Shown: positions 19,655-27,974 of the stretch, one piece after another | Position numbering within the stretch: position 1 is the first letter of the stretch | Layout of the letters: each line of letters starts with the position of its first letter | Source: an uncultured Ruminococcus sp. | Lineage (GTDB): Bacteria; Bacillota; Clostridia; Lachnospirales; Lachnospiraceae | Direction of reading: 5' to 3' | Assembly (NCBI GenBank): GCA_900553885.1 | Contig: USFD01000001.1 | Coordinates: 35,651 to 99,650 of the forward strand | DNA: 64,000 nt | Translations under genes and position numbers: made by a program | Notes under the pieces: model-generated | Told to the model about the DNA's origin: nothing | What the model saw: only the letters and a program-made list of their open reading frames with translations | The model's database searches: none

Positions 19655-19918
19655 TCAGGACTCTGTACTTTTGTCTTTTGTAATATTCGGCACACGTTCC
19701 ATAATGTCCTCGACATTGCAGTCAAGGGCTTCGCATATTCTAAGCAACACGTCTGTCGTGACATTCTCGCATCTGCCCATCTTAGCGATCGATGCGGCGC
19801 TAACGTCACTTTGCTTTTGCAATTCCTGTTTCTGGATCCCCCTGTCGATCAGGAGTTTCCATAAACGGTTGTAATTAAAATGCGTTGCTGTTTCTTTTTT
19901 AATTTTCTGCTCTGCCAT
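19655..19918 (-). CDS. XRE-family HTH regulator heading the BREX-like operon
   Basis: The start MAEQKIKKE... sits behind a ggag RBS. The HTH signature LWKLLIDRGIQKQELQKQSDVSAASIAKMGRCENVTTDVLLRICEALDCNVEDIM is present. A 52-bp gap separates it from the next gene. Confidence 0.6.
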   Translation of the reverse strand: MAEQKIKKETATHFNYNRLWKLLIDRGIQKQELQKQSDVSAASIAKMGRCENVTTDVLLRICEALDCNVEDIMERVPNITKDKSTES

Positions 19919-20639
19919 TTTCAGACTCCGTTTCTTTATTTCAGGTGCGACCAAACAGTTCATTGCCATCCAGTGAAAGTTCAAGAGCGCAATGTCCTAT
20001 CATAGTCTTCTTTGTTTCCGCATCGTATGTATCCAGCCGGTCAAAAGCTAGAAATACCTACTTGCCTGACTGTTCCTGTGCTTCGTATGCCCTGATGATC
20101 TCAACCATGATCTTCTTCTATATGCAGCATTTATATGTCCTATATCACGTAGGGAGCGGCGTCAGCTTAAGATTTACCGGGTCGAGCGTAATAACACCTC
20201 TATACTGTGCGCCGGTTCCGCCGTTATTCGGCGTTTCAAAAGTATACTTGTTCAGCTTCTCCATGCAGAAAAGCAGCAGAAAACACCGGCAAAACGGTGG
20301 CAAATATTTTTAAAGCACGATTTTTTACAATGTTCTTGTGCTTAAGGGTTCCCTAGTCAACGGAAATGCTACAAATTTCGCAGGGTACCCCGGCACGGCA
20401 CAGAAATCCCAAGATATTGTACCACAAGGTCACTTAAAAATCTATTCTATTTAACGATTTTATAAGCAATCGCTTAAGTAATAACGAAAGAGAATAAATT
20501 TTTAAGCACTGTTTCCAGAGACTCGCTTCCCTTAGCTAAACTTCCCATAATTCCAGCATATACTATGCCGGCAGCAGAGATATGCTGTAACCAGAGGAGA
20601 ATGGAACATCAAAATAAAAATGATCAGTTGGAGTAATAG

Positions 20640-21000
20640 ATGGAGATTACACGGCTACGGTTTGGGATGATTGCGCCGGTAATCCAGGGAACCTATCTAA
20701 ATGAATCCATCATGGCCTACTGCCGGAGGATGTCGCCCCCGATGCAGTTCCCGGATGGACGGACTGTAAAATATAATCCCAAAACGATCGGGAAACGGGT
20801 CTCTCTTTACCGGAATAGCGGGATTGACGCCTTGACACCGAAAACGCACTCGAATCTGAGGAAGACTCAGGTACTCACAGAGGGATACAATCGATGAGAT
20901 ATATCGAATCAAGCTGAAATATCCGAAACTGAACGCAACACCAATCCACGCCAGGCTAGTACAGGAAAGCCTAATCCCTGCAACGGTTTCCGCGGAAACT
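20640..21000 (+). pseudogene. Frameshifted N-terminal fragment of a Mu/IS481-like DDE transposase
   Basis: The ORF MEITRLRFGMIAPVIQGTYLNE...RTVKYNPKTIGKRVSLYRNSGIDALTPK continues in another frame as DTIDEIYRIKLKYPKLNATPIHARLVQESLIP...*. No DDE domain follows. Confidence 0.45.
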
Positions 21001-21330
21001 GTTTGATTTCCGCCAATACGGTCTTATCTTCTTCCGTCAGCCTAACTTGGGTGGTACCTTGGGTAGCTTGGGTAGTTTTTTCAGCACCTTGGGGGATATC
21101 CTCCAGCGCATCCTCTGTATTGCGATAAAAATTGATGCGAAATCCGATCTCCATATCGCGGAACTCCGACTCACGCAGTCCATATTCCCTCATGGCTTCC
21201 AGCAGCTTCGAAATACCGCTATCTCATGCCTCAATCAAATTCATATAGGAGAATGCATAAGCAAGCGCAGGGTTTCGAATCTTGGAATATCCCTCTTTCA
21301 TCTTGTCCAGCGTCACGCCAGACATAAGAC
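20909..21330 (-). pseudogene. Remnant of a RecG-C-terminal-like (HATPase_c_4 / AlbA_2 family) regulator gene
   Basis: The segment ...KLLEAMREYGLRESEFRDMEIGFRINFYRNT...AEKTTQATQGTTQ... matches the characteristic C-terminal region of these proteins, including the TTQ repeat. It is interrupted by an in-frame stop. Confidence 0.35.
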
Positions 21331-21370
21331 CGTCAGGCGAGATGCTTTCCAACCTCCCACGGTCATCCCA

Positions 21371-21414
21371 CTACACCATTTACTACACCATTTCCGCAAA
21401 AATCTACACCATTT
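21371..21414. repeat. Three copies of ctacaccattt within 44 bp
   Basis: This was read directly from the sequence. The copies lie inside decayed non-coding DNA. Confidence 0.5.
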
Positions 21415-21766
21415 GACGCTCCCAGACAAAAAGGCAGAACCCGCAAAAACCTTGTAAAATAAGGCTTTACGGGCTCTGACGCCACAGGACAAAACCACCC
21501 GCTCCACGGCAAGAGGTGAGTGCTAATTTTTTAATTTTGTTATACTCCCCAGGACTACCCACCAATTTTCTATGTATTGATGCAACATTCCCGCTATAAA
21601 AGATATGTCCGTTACATGTTTTCCTTCTAAAAATATATACAGCATACCTTTCCTTATCCAGCCCCTATTTCCATTACAGTATTCCCCCGTAAAACTCGCT
21701 GTATCCTTACTAAATTCTCCTTCACTTCCACTCGTAGATGCAAAAAAGGATCTCCTTTCATATAGA

Positions 21767-22738
21767 TTATCCGCAGTATTGTCTATATGCTTCGATTAAA
21801 ACCCGCTGAATTTCTTCCCTAAACCTCTTCGGCCCCATCACTTCACATTGATCTATATGCTCTAAAACCCATAACTTCATTTCTGATGGCACACCCATAA
21901 TCTTGACTGCGATTTTAGTCCCGTCGTTTCGTATAACATCAGCATCTTTTCCGAAAGTCTCCGCTACATCCTGCCATAAATCCAGGCCACACTCTATTTC
22001 GAATTTTTCTTTTTTCTCTCCATTCTGAAAAATAAATTTCTCCGCATACTGACCGGGATTTAAGCCTCCGAAGATCATATCAACCCCTCTTTCCAGTATT
22101 GCAATATCTTTTAACAGATCGATACGAAAATGTTCCAGTTGCTCTATCCCTTCTCTTCTGCCAAGAATGTAATAATTTCCTTCTGCCCACAGAGTAACAT
22201 ACGGGCTCAACACAATCGGACTGTCCTGTCTTTCCGTCAGCTCGTGATCCAGCCCATATTCCATCATTTTCACGCTCACTTTACACCCCTGGTTAATCGC
22301 AACATTGAGTGTGTCTATATTATAGAACAGCTGTTTATTCAGTATTTTCTTCTCTGATTTTACAAATACGGTTTTCTGGAGCATTCTTCCCTGAAAAATA
22401 CTCTGAGTATCTGTCAGTTTTTTAATGATGGTTTTCCCTGTTTTCTCATTTATCATATCGGAAGCAGCCACAGCATCACAGAGTAGCCTTATTTCTGACA
22501 GTTCAAATTCTCTGTCAATCAGATAATACCCCTCCCGATTTTCCTGATATCCTTCTATTTCAATCCCCATACTACGAAGAGCGTCAATATTACGATAGAC
22601 TGCCCTGCGCTCCATATCAATATCATATACTTTTTTCAGCTTTTCCCGTATTTTTTCTGTTGACAGAATATGATTTTCATCCGTATATCTTTTTAAGATC
22701 TCATATACACATAATATAGTTGCCTTTTGTGCGATCAT
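21767..22738 (-). CDS. WYL-domain transcriptional regulator (wHTH-WYL-WCX architecture; BrxR/CapW/PafBC-like)
   Basis: The N-terminal wHTH (ILCVYEILKRYTDENHILSTEKIREKL...RRAVYRNIDALRSMGIEIE) and a central WYL-like region are present. At 323 aa it is typical of this family. It is divergent from the PolC-like gene. Confidence 0.65.
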   Translation of the reverse strand: MIAQKATILCVYEILKRYTDENHILSTEKIREKLKKVYDIDMERRAVYRNIDALRSMGIEIEGYQENREGYYLIDREFELSEIRLLCDAVAASDMINEKTGKTIIKKLTDTQSIFQGRMLQKTVFVKSEKKILNKQLFYNIDTLNVAINQGCKVSVKMMEYGLDHELTERQDSPIVLSPYVTLWAEGNYYILGRREGIEQLEHFRIDLLKDIAILERGVDMIFGGLNPGQYAEKFIFQNGEKKEKFEIECGLDLWQDVAETFGKDADVIRNDGTKIAVKIMGVPSEMKLWVLEHIDQCEVMGPKRFREEIQRVLIEAYRQYCG

Positions 22739-22898
22739 TATTTTTACCTCTGAAGATTCTTAACTATATTATAGCGGTTCATCCTCTTCAAGGCAATCAA
22801 ACGCTGTACCTGAAATAGTACAACGACTGGAATACATATGGCAATTATAATTTGCTATACTCTACCCACGAAACAAAGCAGAAAATGGAGGGTTAACA

Positions 22899-24248
22899 AT
22901 GAACATACCACATATTGAACATGCACTGGATCATATAACAACTGCCTGTCAGAAAAAACTTTCTTTTCTTTATCCCCAGGGAGTACCAGAACCGGTACGC
23001 GACAGGTATACGAAAGAACTCACTTTGCTCTCACATTCCGAACTTATAGATGATTTTGAAATATTTCGGTTGTTTTCAGATGAAGCAAGAAAAAGTTCTG
23101 TTCCCATACACATGAAAGGAACCGTCATGGGATCGTTTATTTATTATCTTCTTGGAGTAAACTGCTTTAATCCGCTTCCAGTTCACTATTATTGTACTGA
23201 CTGCGGTTATTATGAAGAAGTCCATACTCATCTGTTTGGAATTGATCTTCCCTCAAAAAAATGTCCGCAATGCGGGAAAGATATTACAGCTGACGGTTTT
23301 AATCTGCCGCTTGAAAGTGTCTGGGGTAATGACGGGAAAAAAATTATTTCATTTGAGTACTCCGTAAGTACAGAATTTTTCCCTTTTGCCCGGCGTGTGC
23401 TTAATTCCATATATCCTGATAACCCTGTTATCCCATGGGGTATGTTTCAGTTTGAGGCAGGGCTTTCAGGCCCCGATAGAGACGGACAGGTAATCGGTAT
23501 TTCCCCTGCCGGCTATACTGTACTTCCGGCAGGAAATACAATCCACGACTATCCTGATCTGATTTCTTATTTAGAAAATGGTGAACCCTGTGTTACAGGC
23601 GGCAGTTGGGAATTATCGATACATTCATTAAAACCGATACGCTTATGCCAGTTCGATTACATAGATGACCTGCTCCATCTTCAGCGGGCAACCGGGATTT
23701 ATGCAAATGAGCTGACTCCTGACGTACTCCGTGATATCACCTGGAGTAATATCTACAATACTGCCATACTGAACAGTACATCCCGTATGTTGTTCCATGA
23801 AATGAAGCCAAAAACATTTAAAGATATGGTTGCTTTGGATTCCAGTTCTCATAATTCTTTTTCGTGGAATAAGAATTATGCCGAAGGTATTAACCTTTAC
23901 TGTTTTCAGAAAATGATCTCATCTGACGCCTTTAAAAAATATCCCTGTTTTACACGGGAAGATTTCTTTGATTATTTACTTGAATCCGGCCTCGAAAGAT
24001 CTTTAGCTTTTGAAGCATCCGAACGGATCAGGAAAGGACATGCTTGTTCCACAAAAGAAAGCAAAGAACTATTTGATTCACTCCCCATACCTGATGATAT
24101 GAAAGAAGTTGCCAGAAATTATTGGTATGTATTTCCTCGGGCACATGGGATCGAATATATATTACTCTACGCTCAACTTGCCTATTATGCCAGAATTGAC
24201 AGCCGTGCCTTCAGTAAAATCATGTTTAAAAAGAAAAACCCAATCTAA
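22899..24248 (+). CDS. PolC-type DNA polymerase III core homologue (PHP-C/Zn-finger/palm/fingers region) with the catalytic aspartates apparently replaced; a pseudo-polymerase
   Basis: The segment HYYCTDCGYYEE...GIDLPSKKCPQCGKDITADGFNLPLESVWG parallels the PolC Zn-finger HYLCPNCKYSEF...GFDLPDKNCPRCG...DGHDIPFETFLGF. The segment YVFPRAHGIEYILLYAQLAYYA parallels PolC MFPKAHAAAYVLMA and the FNKSHAAAYAVVAYQ of the dnaE gene in this window. Where PolC has PDIDLNFS this protein has KIISFEYS, and where PolC has KLDILGH it has HLQRATG. An RBS (ggaggg) is present. Confidence 0.7.
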   Translation: MNIPHIEHALDHITTACQKKLSFLYPQGVPEPVRDRYTKELTLLSHSELIDDFEIFRLFSDEARKSSVPIHMKGTVMGSFIYYLLGVNCFNPLPVHYYCTDCGYYEEVHTHLFGIDLPSKKCPQCGKDITADGFNLPLESVWGNDGKKIISFEYSVSTEFFPFARRVLNSIYPDNPVIPWGMFQFEAGLSGPDRDGQVIGISPAGYTVLPAGNTIHDYPDLISYLENGEPCVTGGSWELSIHSLKPIRLCQFDYIDDLLHLQRATGIYANELTPDVLRDITWSNIYNTAILNSTSRMLFHEMKPKTFKDMVALDSSSHNSFSWNKNYAEGINLYCFQKMISSDAFKKYPCFTREDFFDYLLESGLERSLAFEASERIRKGHACSTKESKELFDSLPIPDDMKEVARNYWYVFPRAHGIEYILLYAQLAYYARIDSRAFSKIMFKKKNPI

Positions 24249-24329
24249 TACAAAACACCGGGACAAAATATCGCGACCACTAATTAAGCGGTAAATTTAA
24301 GGGGTTCAGTGAATGTCACATTAAACCGG

Positions 24330-24420
24330 ACTGGCCTCTAGTCTATCTGATTGAAAATGACATTCTGACACTTACGCTCATTGATACCGGAACACATGCA
24401 GATATTTTTAAACTTCAGTA
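24330..24420 (+). pseudogene. C-terminal remnant of a RelE/ParE-like toxin
   Basis: It translates as ...LIENDILTLTLIDTGTHADIFKLQ*, which resembles the RelE/ParE C-terminal pattern (..IL.IGHR.DIY). No upstream ORF remains. Confidence 0.25.
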
Positions 24421-24612
24421 ATAAGGCGGGCTATCCGATTGTTGATATCCCGCCTAAATCCATATGTCAACTGGTGGGTTTAACGTTCAATTGGCGAAAC
24501 AGTGTTCAGCCAATTCAGGAACCTTACCCCTTTTTCTTACCCGCTGACAGACACTTTTCTGTACCGCTGACAGACTTTTTACTGCTATCCAATTCTCTTT
24601 AAGAAAATTTCG

Positions 24613-24939
24613 CTACTGTTCAGACTGTTCCACTTTCTTTCTATAATTCTCCAACTGATGGAAAACACCTGTTACATATACGGAAACTTCCTCTATCCGG
24701 AATATGATCACATAGTCCATATCAGTTAAGACCTCCTCCCGATACCCTCTGTGCCGCAGATTCATCTCTCTGCTTTCAGGAAACTGAAAAAAATCTTCTT
24801 CCAGTCTGTCATAAATCCTGTCGATACTGTCAAACAGATGTACAGTTGCCCGAGTGTTTTTCAGTCTGTATATCAAATGATATATAAGGTTATCCAAAAG
24901 TTTTTCTGCTTTTTCAGTAATGATCAGTTTATAAGCCAT
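24613..24939 (-). CDS. Type II toxin, RelE/ParE superfamily
   Basis: The protein is 108 aa. It overlaps the upstream antitoxin gene by 11 nt, and its size and architecture are typical of ParE/RelE toxins. Confidence 0.55.
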   Translation of the reverse strand: MAYKLIITEKAEKLLDNLIYHLIYRLKNTRATVHLFDSIDRIYDRLEEDFFQFPESREMNLRHRGYREEVLTDMDYVIIFRIEEVSVYVTGVFHQLENYRKKVEQSEQ

Positions 24940-25198
24940 GCCGTTCTCTCATAGATGAAAGGGACTTCTTTGCATCCTTTATCTTCCCTTCCCGGATCTG
25001 CGTCTCCGAAGCCTCAATATCTTCATACATTTCAATCCGTTTCATCTGAGATTCGTAACTTTCCATGCTCATGATGACCATATCACCATAACCGTTTTTC
25101 GTAACATAGATCGGTTCATCTGTACGATGACACATTTCTGATATATCAGAAGTATTTTTCAGATCCTTTATTGGAATAATCTTCGGCATTATATGCAC
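24929..25198 (-). CDS. Type II antitoxin, Phd/YefM-like
   Basis: The protein is 89 aa. The segment IPIKDLKNTSDISEMCHRTDEPIYVTKNGYGDMVIMSMESYES matches the Phd/YefM pattern (I.ATEAR.NFS.L....EPV.IT.NG....VL.S.E.YE). Confidence 0.55.
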   Translation of the reverse strand: MHIMPKIIPIKDLKNTSDISEMCHRTDEPIYVTKNGYGDMVIMSMESYESQMKRIEMYEDIEASETQIREGKIKDAKKSLSSMRERHGL

Positions 25199-25304
25199 TT
25201 CTTTCTTCTATGGCCTATATACCATTATTATATCCATATCATCAATCATTCTTTATAAAAAGGGCCGCACTGAATTCACAGAATTTCAGCACAATTTACA
25301 GACC

Positions 25305-26186
25305 TTATAAGTGTGAAAATGGAATTCCGCTTTCTATCTTATTATCCTTTTGCATAGGGAATAAAAAATAATCGCTATTAATATAAACTAATTCATATAA
25401 CTCTGGCACAACAGAAAATTGTTGACTCATAATACGAATTGGCTCATACAACAATTTGTCCGCTCGAGTTCCCACAATAATCCCTTTTAAAATGCCATCC
25501 AGACTTATGCCGGGGTTTTCTTCGGATGTATCTTTTATTAAAAATCTATATTCATTCTCATCTCTCCAATCTGGATGCTTCGAAAAATAATATATATCTG
25601 CAAATTTTTCTATTCTGTTTTCAACCACCTTTTCAATACTATTTTCCTTTAACTCACTTGTATATAATGTGTATGCTTCAACACTAGCTTCTAATTTATC
25701 ATAATCATATTCATAAATCACATCACGTGACAAATGATACCGATCACAAAATTCATCATCAAACTTCTCTACAAATTTTTTCTTATCTAAAACCAAACAT
25801 ACTCCTTTATGATTATCGGAATACTGTGCCCACATTCTGGGCTTTATAAAACCTCTTCCTTTATTCCTGGGAAAATCCATTTGTTTAGGAATACTGTCCT
25901 GTGAGCAGCACAAAACCTTCACTGCTTTACGCAATGCATCTGCAAATCTCTTTTGATTTGTAACAAACTGAGCAAAAAAAGCATCTTGCGGTTCCATCCC
26001 CCCGCCTAAATCATCGTTCATTTGAAAACCGTGATCATAAATTTCCTCGGGATCATTTGTTTCTCTAATATTCGAAAATCTTAGCGTCTTTTGTGGCAGT
26101 ATATACAATACCAATGTTTCAATTGTTGTATAATGATATAGGTATTCTTGTGTATCTTCCTCATTATTTATCTTTGTTGATATCAT
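25305..26186 (-). CDS. DUF2971-family protein
   Basis: The sequence YLYHYTTIETLVLYILPQKTLRFSNIRETNDPEE is the hallmark DUF2971 motif (YHYTS...L.......LR.S....NDP.E). Confidence 0.55.
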   Translation of the reverse strand: MISTKINNEEDTQEYLYHYTTIETLVLYILPQKTLRFSNIRETNDPEEIYDHGFQMNDDLGGGMEPQDAFFAQFVTNQKRFADALRKAVKVLCCSQDSIPKQMDFPRNKGRGFIKPRMWAQYSDNHKGVCLVLDKKKFVEKFDDEFCDRYHLSRDVIYEYDYDKLEASVEAYTLYTSELKENSIEKVVENRIEKFADIYYFSKHPDWRDENEYRFLIKDTSEENPGISLDGILKGIIVGTRADKLLYEPIRIMSQQFSVVPELYELVYINSDYFLFPMQKDNKIESGIPFSHL

Positions 26187-26631
26187 AAAATTTCTCCTTA
26201 TCTTTTAAAAATAGTATCTCTGCCAGCATAGACAACCACATGTTGCTCTTCAACTGTATACACGGTCGGCTGAACATGGACTCTTTTGTAGCCTTCATCC
26301 GGGAGCTGTTTCCAGCCGCCTGCGCCAAAGAGTCCCTCAATTTTTCGTCTGAAAGAATATGAGGGGTCACTTTAACCGGAAGATCCTTTAAATCTTCCTC
26401 ACGTTTTCCTTTTTCGACGGCTGCCTCGGATCACGTCCTCTTCGGGCTGGCTCAACAACATAAAGAGTTTCTGTCAAGGCTTCTGCTTCGTTAAAAATAA
26501 ATTCCAATTCCAGCCGGCCTGCTATGACATTCAGTTTTTCAGAAGGGCGCCCTTAACGTTTATCCTTTGCGTCAGCGATCTGCTCAATCAGATACTCCAT
26601 GTTCGCATTCCCATGCCTCTGTCACGATATG

Positions 26632-27654
26632 TTACTTCTCCTCCAAAACCTCATTATCCAGCTCTTCAACTTCTTCCGGAGTCATTTCAAGAAGCTCCGC
26701 AATCATCGCAAGGCTCATCCCCTTCTCCTTCTTTTTCCTGATAAGCTTCTGCAGAACGCTTCGCTCTCCCTGCGTCTTTCCCTGTTTTATTCCCTGCTCT
26801 ATTCCCTGCTTTATTCCCTGCTCTATTCCTTGCTTTATTCCCTGCTCTATTCCCTGCTCTATTCCTTGCTTTATTCCCTGCTCTATTCCCTGCTTTACTC
26901 CCCGCTCTATTCCTTCTTCCATTCCCTTTTTCAGGCCATACTCTCTTGCACTCTTCATCTGTGAATTATAATCTCTTATCGCTTTTTGACGGGCCTCATA
27001 CTCCATCCTTTTCTGTTCATCCATACTGAGCTTCTTCAGTTCATCATATGCCTCTTCAATATACTCGTCTGTCTTCGCCATATCTTCGAACTCCTTTCGG
27101 TTCTTCCCGCCAAAAAAGCGCATCCAGCGGATAACCCCTTCTTCATTCTGATCCCCGGGAGGCAGCTTTTTCAATTCAAGGATATGAAGCTCCATCAGAT
27201 CCGTATACTGTTCTCCGGTTTCCACATCACAGAAAGCAATCTTCCGGTAACACTTTTTATCCTGAGGAAAATGGATGAAATCCAGGATGCTTACATGAAT
27301 GCATTTCTTCAGCACATCATAATCTTCTCCCTCTTTAATCTGCCCGCTGTACGTTTTGCTCACATAAAACAGTACCCGGCTGGACCAGTAGCCAAAATAA
27401 GCGACCTGCATCTCCATATTGATTTTTGATCCGTCCTCCATCTCCACCATCACATCAAGAATCCCCAGCTTTGCATCTTTTGATTCTTTCTTTGTGGCAT
27501 TCGGAATGAGTGTTGTCTTTCTTATTGTCTTCGGATCTTTTCCCATGATCGCCGCAATAAATCCTTGTCTGACTTTCGGATTCTGCATCAATTCTTTAAA
27601 ACAGAAATCCACGGTGGGAAGCATAATAAAATTTTCACTGTTTCTTTTGTCCAT
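26632..27654 (-). CDS. Rpn-family recombination-promoting nuclease / putative transposase (PD-(D/E)XK, YhgA-like)
   Basis: It has the typical Rpn N-terminus MLPTVDFCFKELMQNPKVRQGFIAAI and a C-terminal low-complexity QGIEQGIKQGIEQGIEQGIK repeat. Confidence 0.75.
   Translation of the reverse strand: MDKRNSENFIMLPTVDFCFKELMQNPKVRQGFIAAIMGKDPKTIRKTTLIPNATKKESKDAKLGILDVMVEMEDGSKINMEMQVAYFGYWSSRVLFYVSKTYSGQIKEGEDYDVLKKCIHVSILDFIHFPQDKKCYRKIAFCDVETGEQYTDLMELHILELKKLPPGDQNEEGVIRWMRFFGGKNRKEFEDMAKTDEYIEEAYDELKKLSMDEQKRMEYEARQKAIRDYNSQMKSAREYGLKKGMEEGIERGVKQGIEQGIKQGIEQGIEQGIKQGIEQGIKQGIEQGIKQGKTQGERSVLQKLIRKKKEKGMSLAMIAELLEMTPEEVEELDNEVLEEK
26784..26935. repeat. 12-nt tandem repeat (~13 units of YtattccYtgct), coding
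   Basis: The repeat lies inside the Rpn gene and encodes the GI(E/K)Q repeat. It is not a CRISPR array. Confidence 0.8.
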
Positions 27655-27974
27655 ATATCTACCTCCTATCTTACCACGTTCTCCATTTGAAAAAAACAGA
27701 AACCTTGGAATGTTCGGACAGATCTGTCCGCAAGAACCTGACTGTTCAGATTATCAGAATACGCTCCGTACTCCGGAGCATGGCCGGAAGCTTCGATAAG
27801 ATAAATTTCCGGACCGCTTAAGATTTTCTCAGATACAAAGGCACCCGAACCAGGAACTGTTTCGGATGCCTCTACAATACCATATCAGATTTTCAGATAC
27901 AACAGCCGGACAGTATAAAATCCGGTTATCAACAAACTTACACGAGTTATAAAAAGTTATCCACAGAGGATTGC

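Noticed and set aside
20164-20283. 39-aa minus-strand peptide MEKLNKYTFETPNNGGTGAQYRGVITLDPVNLKLTPLPT
   Set aside because: It has no RBS and lies within a region of evident gene decay. It is most likely a fragment of a lost gene rather than a functional small protein or bacteriocin.
26164-26370. 68-aa ORF overlapping the DUF2971 start
   Set aside because: It overlaps the DUF2971 N-terminus in another frame. The upstream region translates as broken fragments, so it is probably debris.
26784-26935. Regular 12-nt tandem repeats that could superficially resemble a CRISPR-like or VNTR array
   Set aside because: The repeats are in-frame coding sequence of the Rpn-family gene (the GIEQ/GIKQ repeat). 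There are no spacers and no cas genes.
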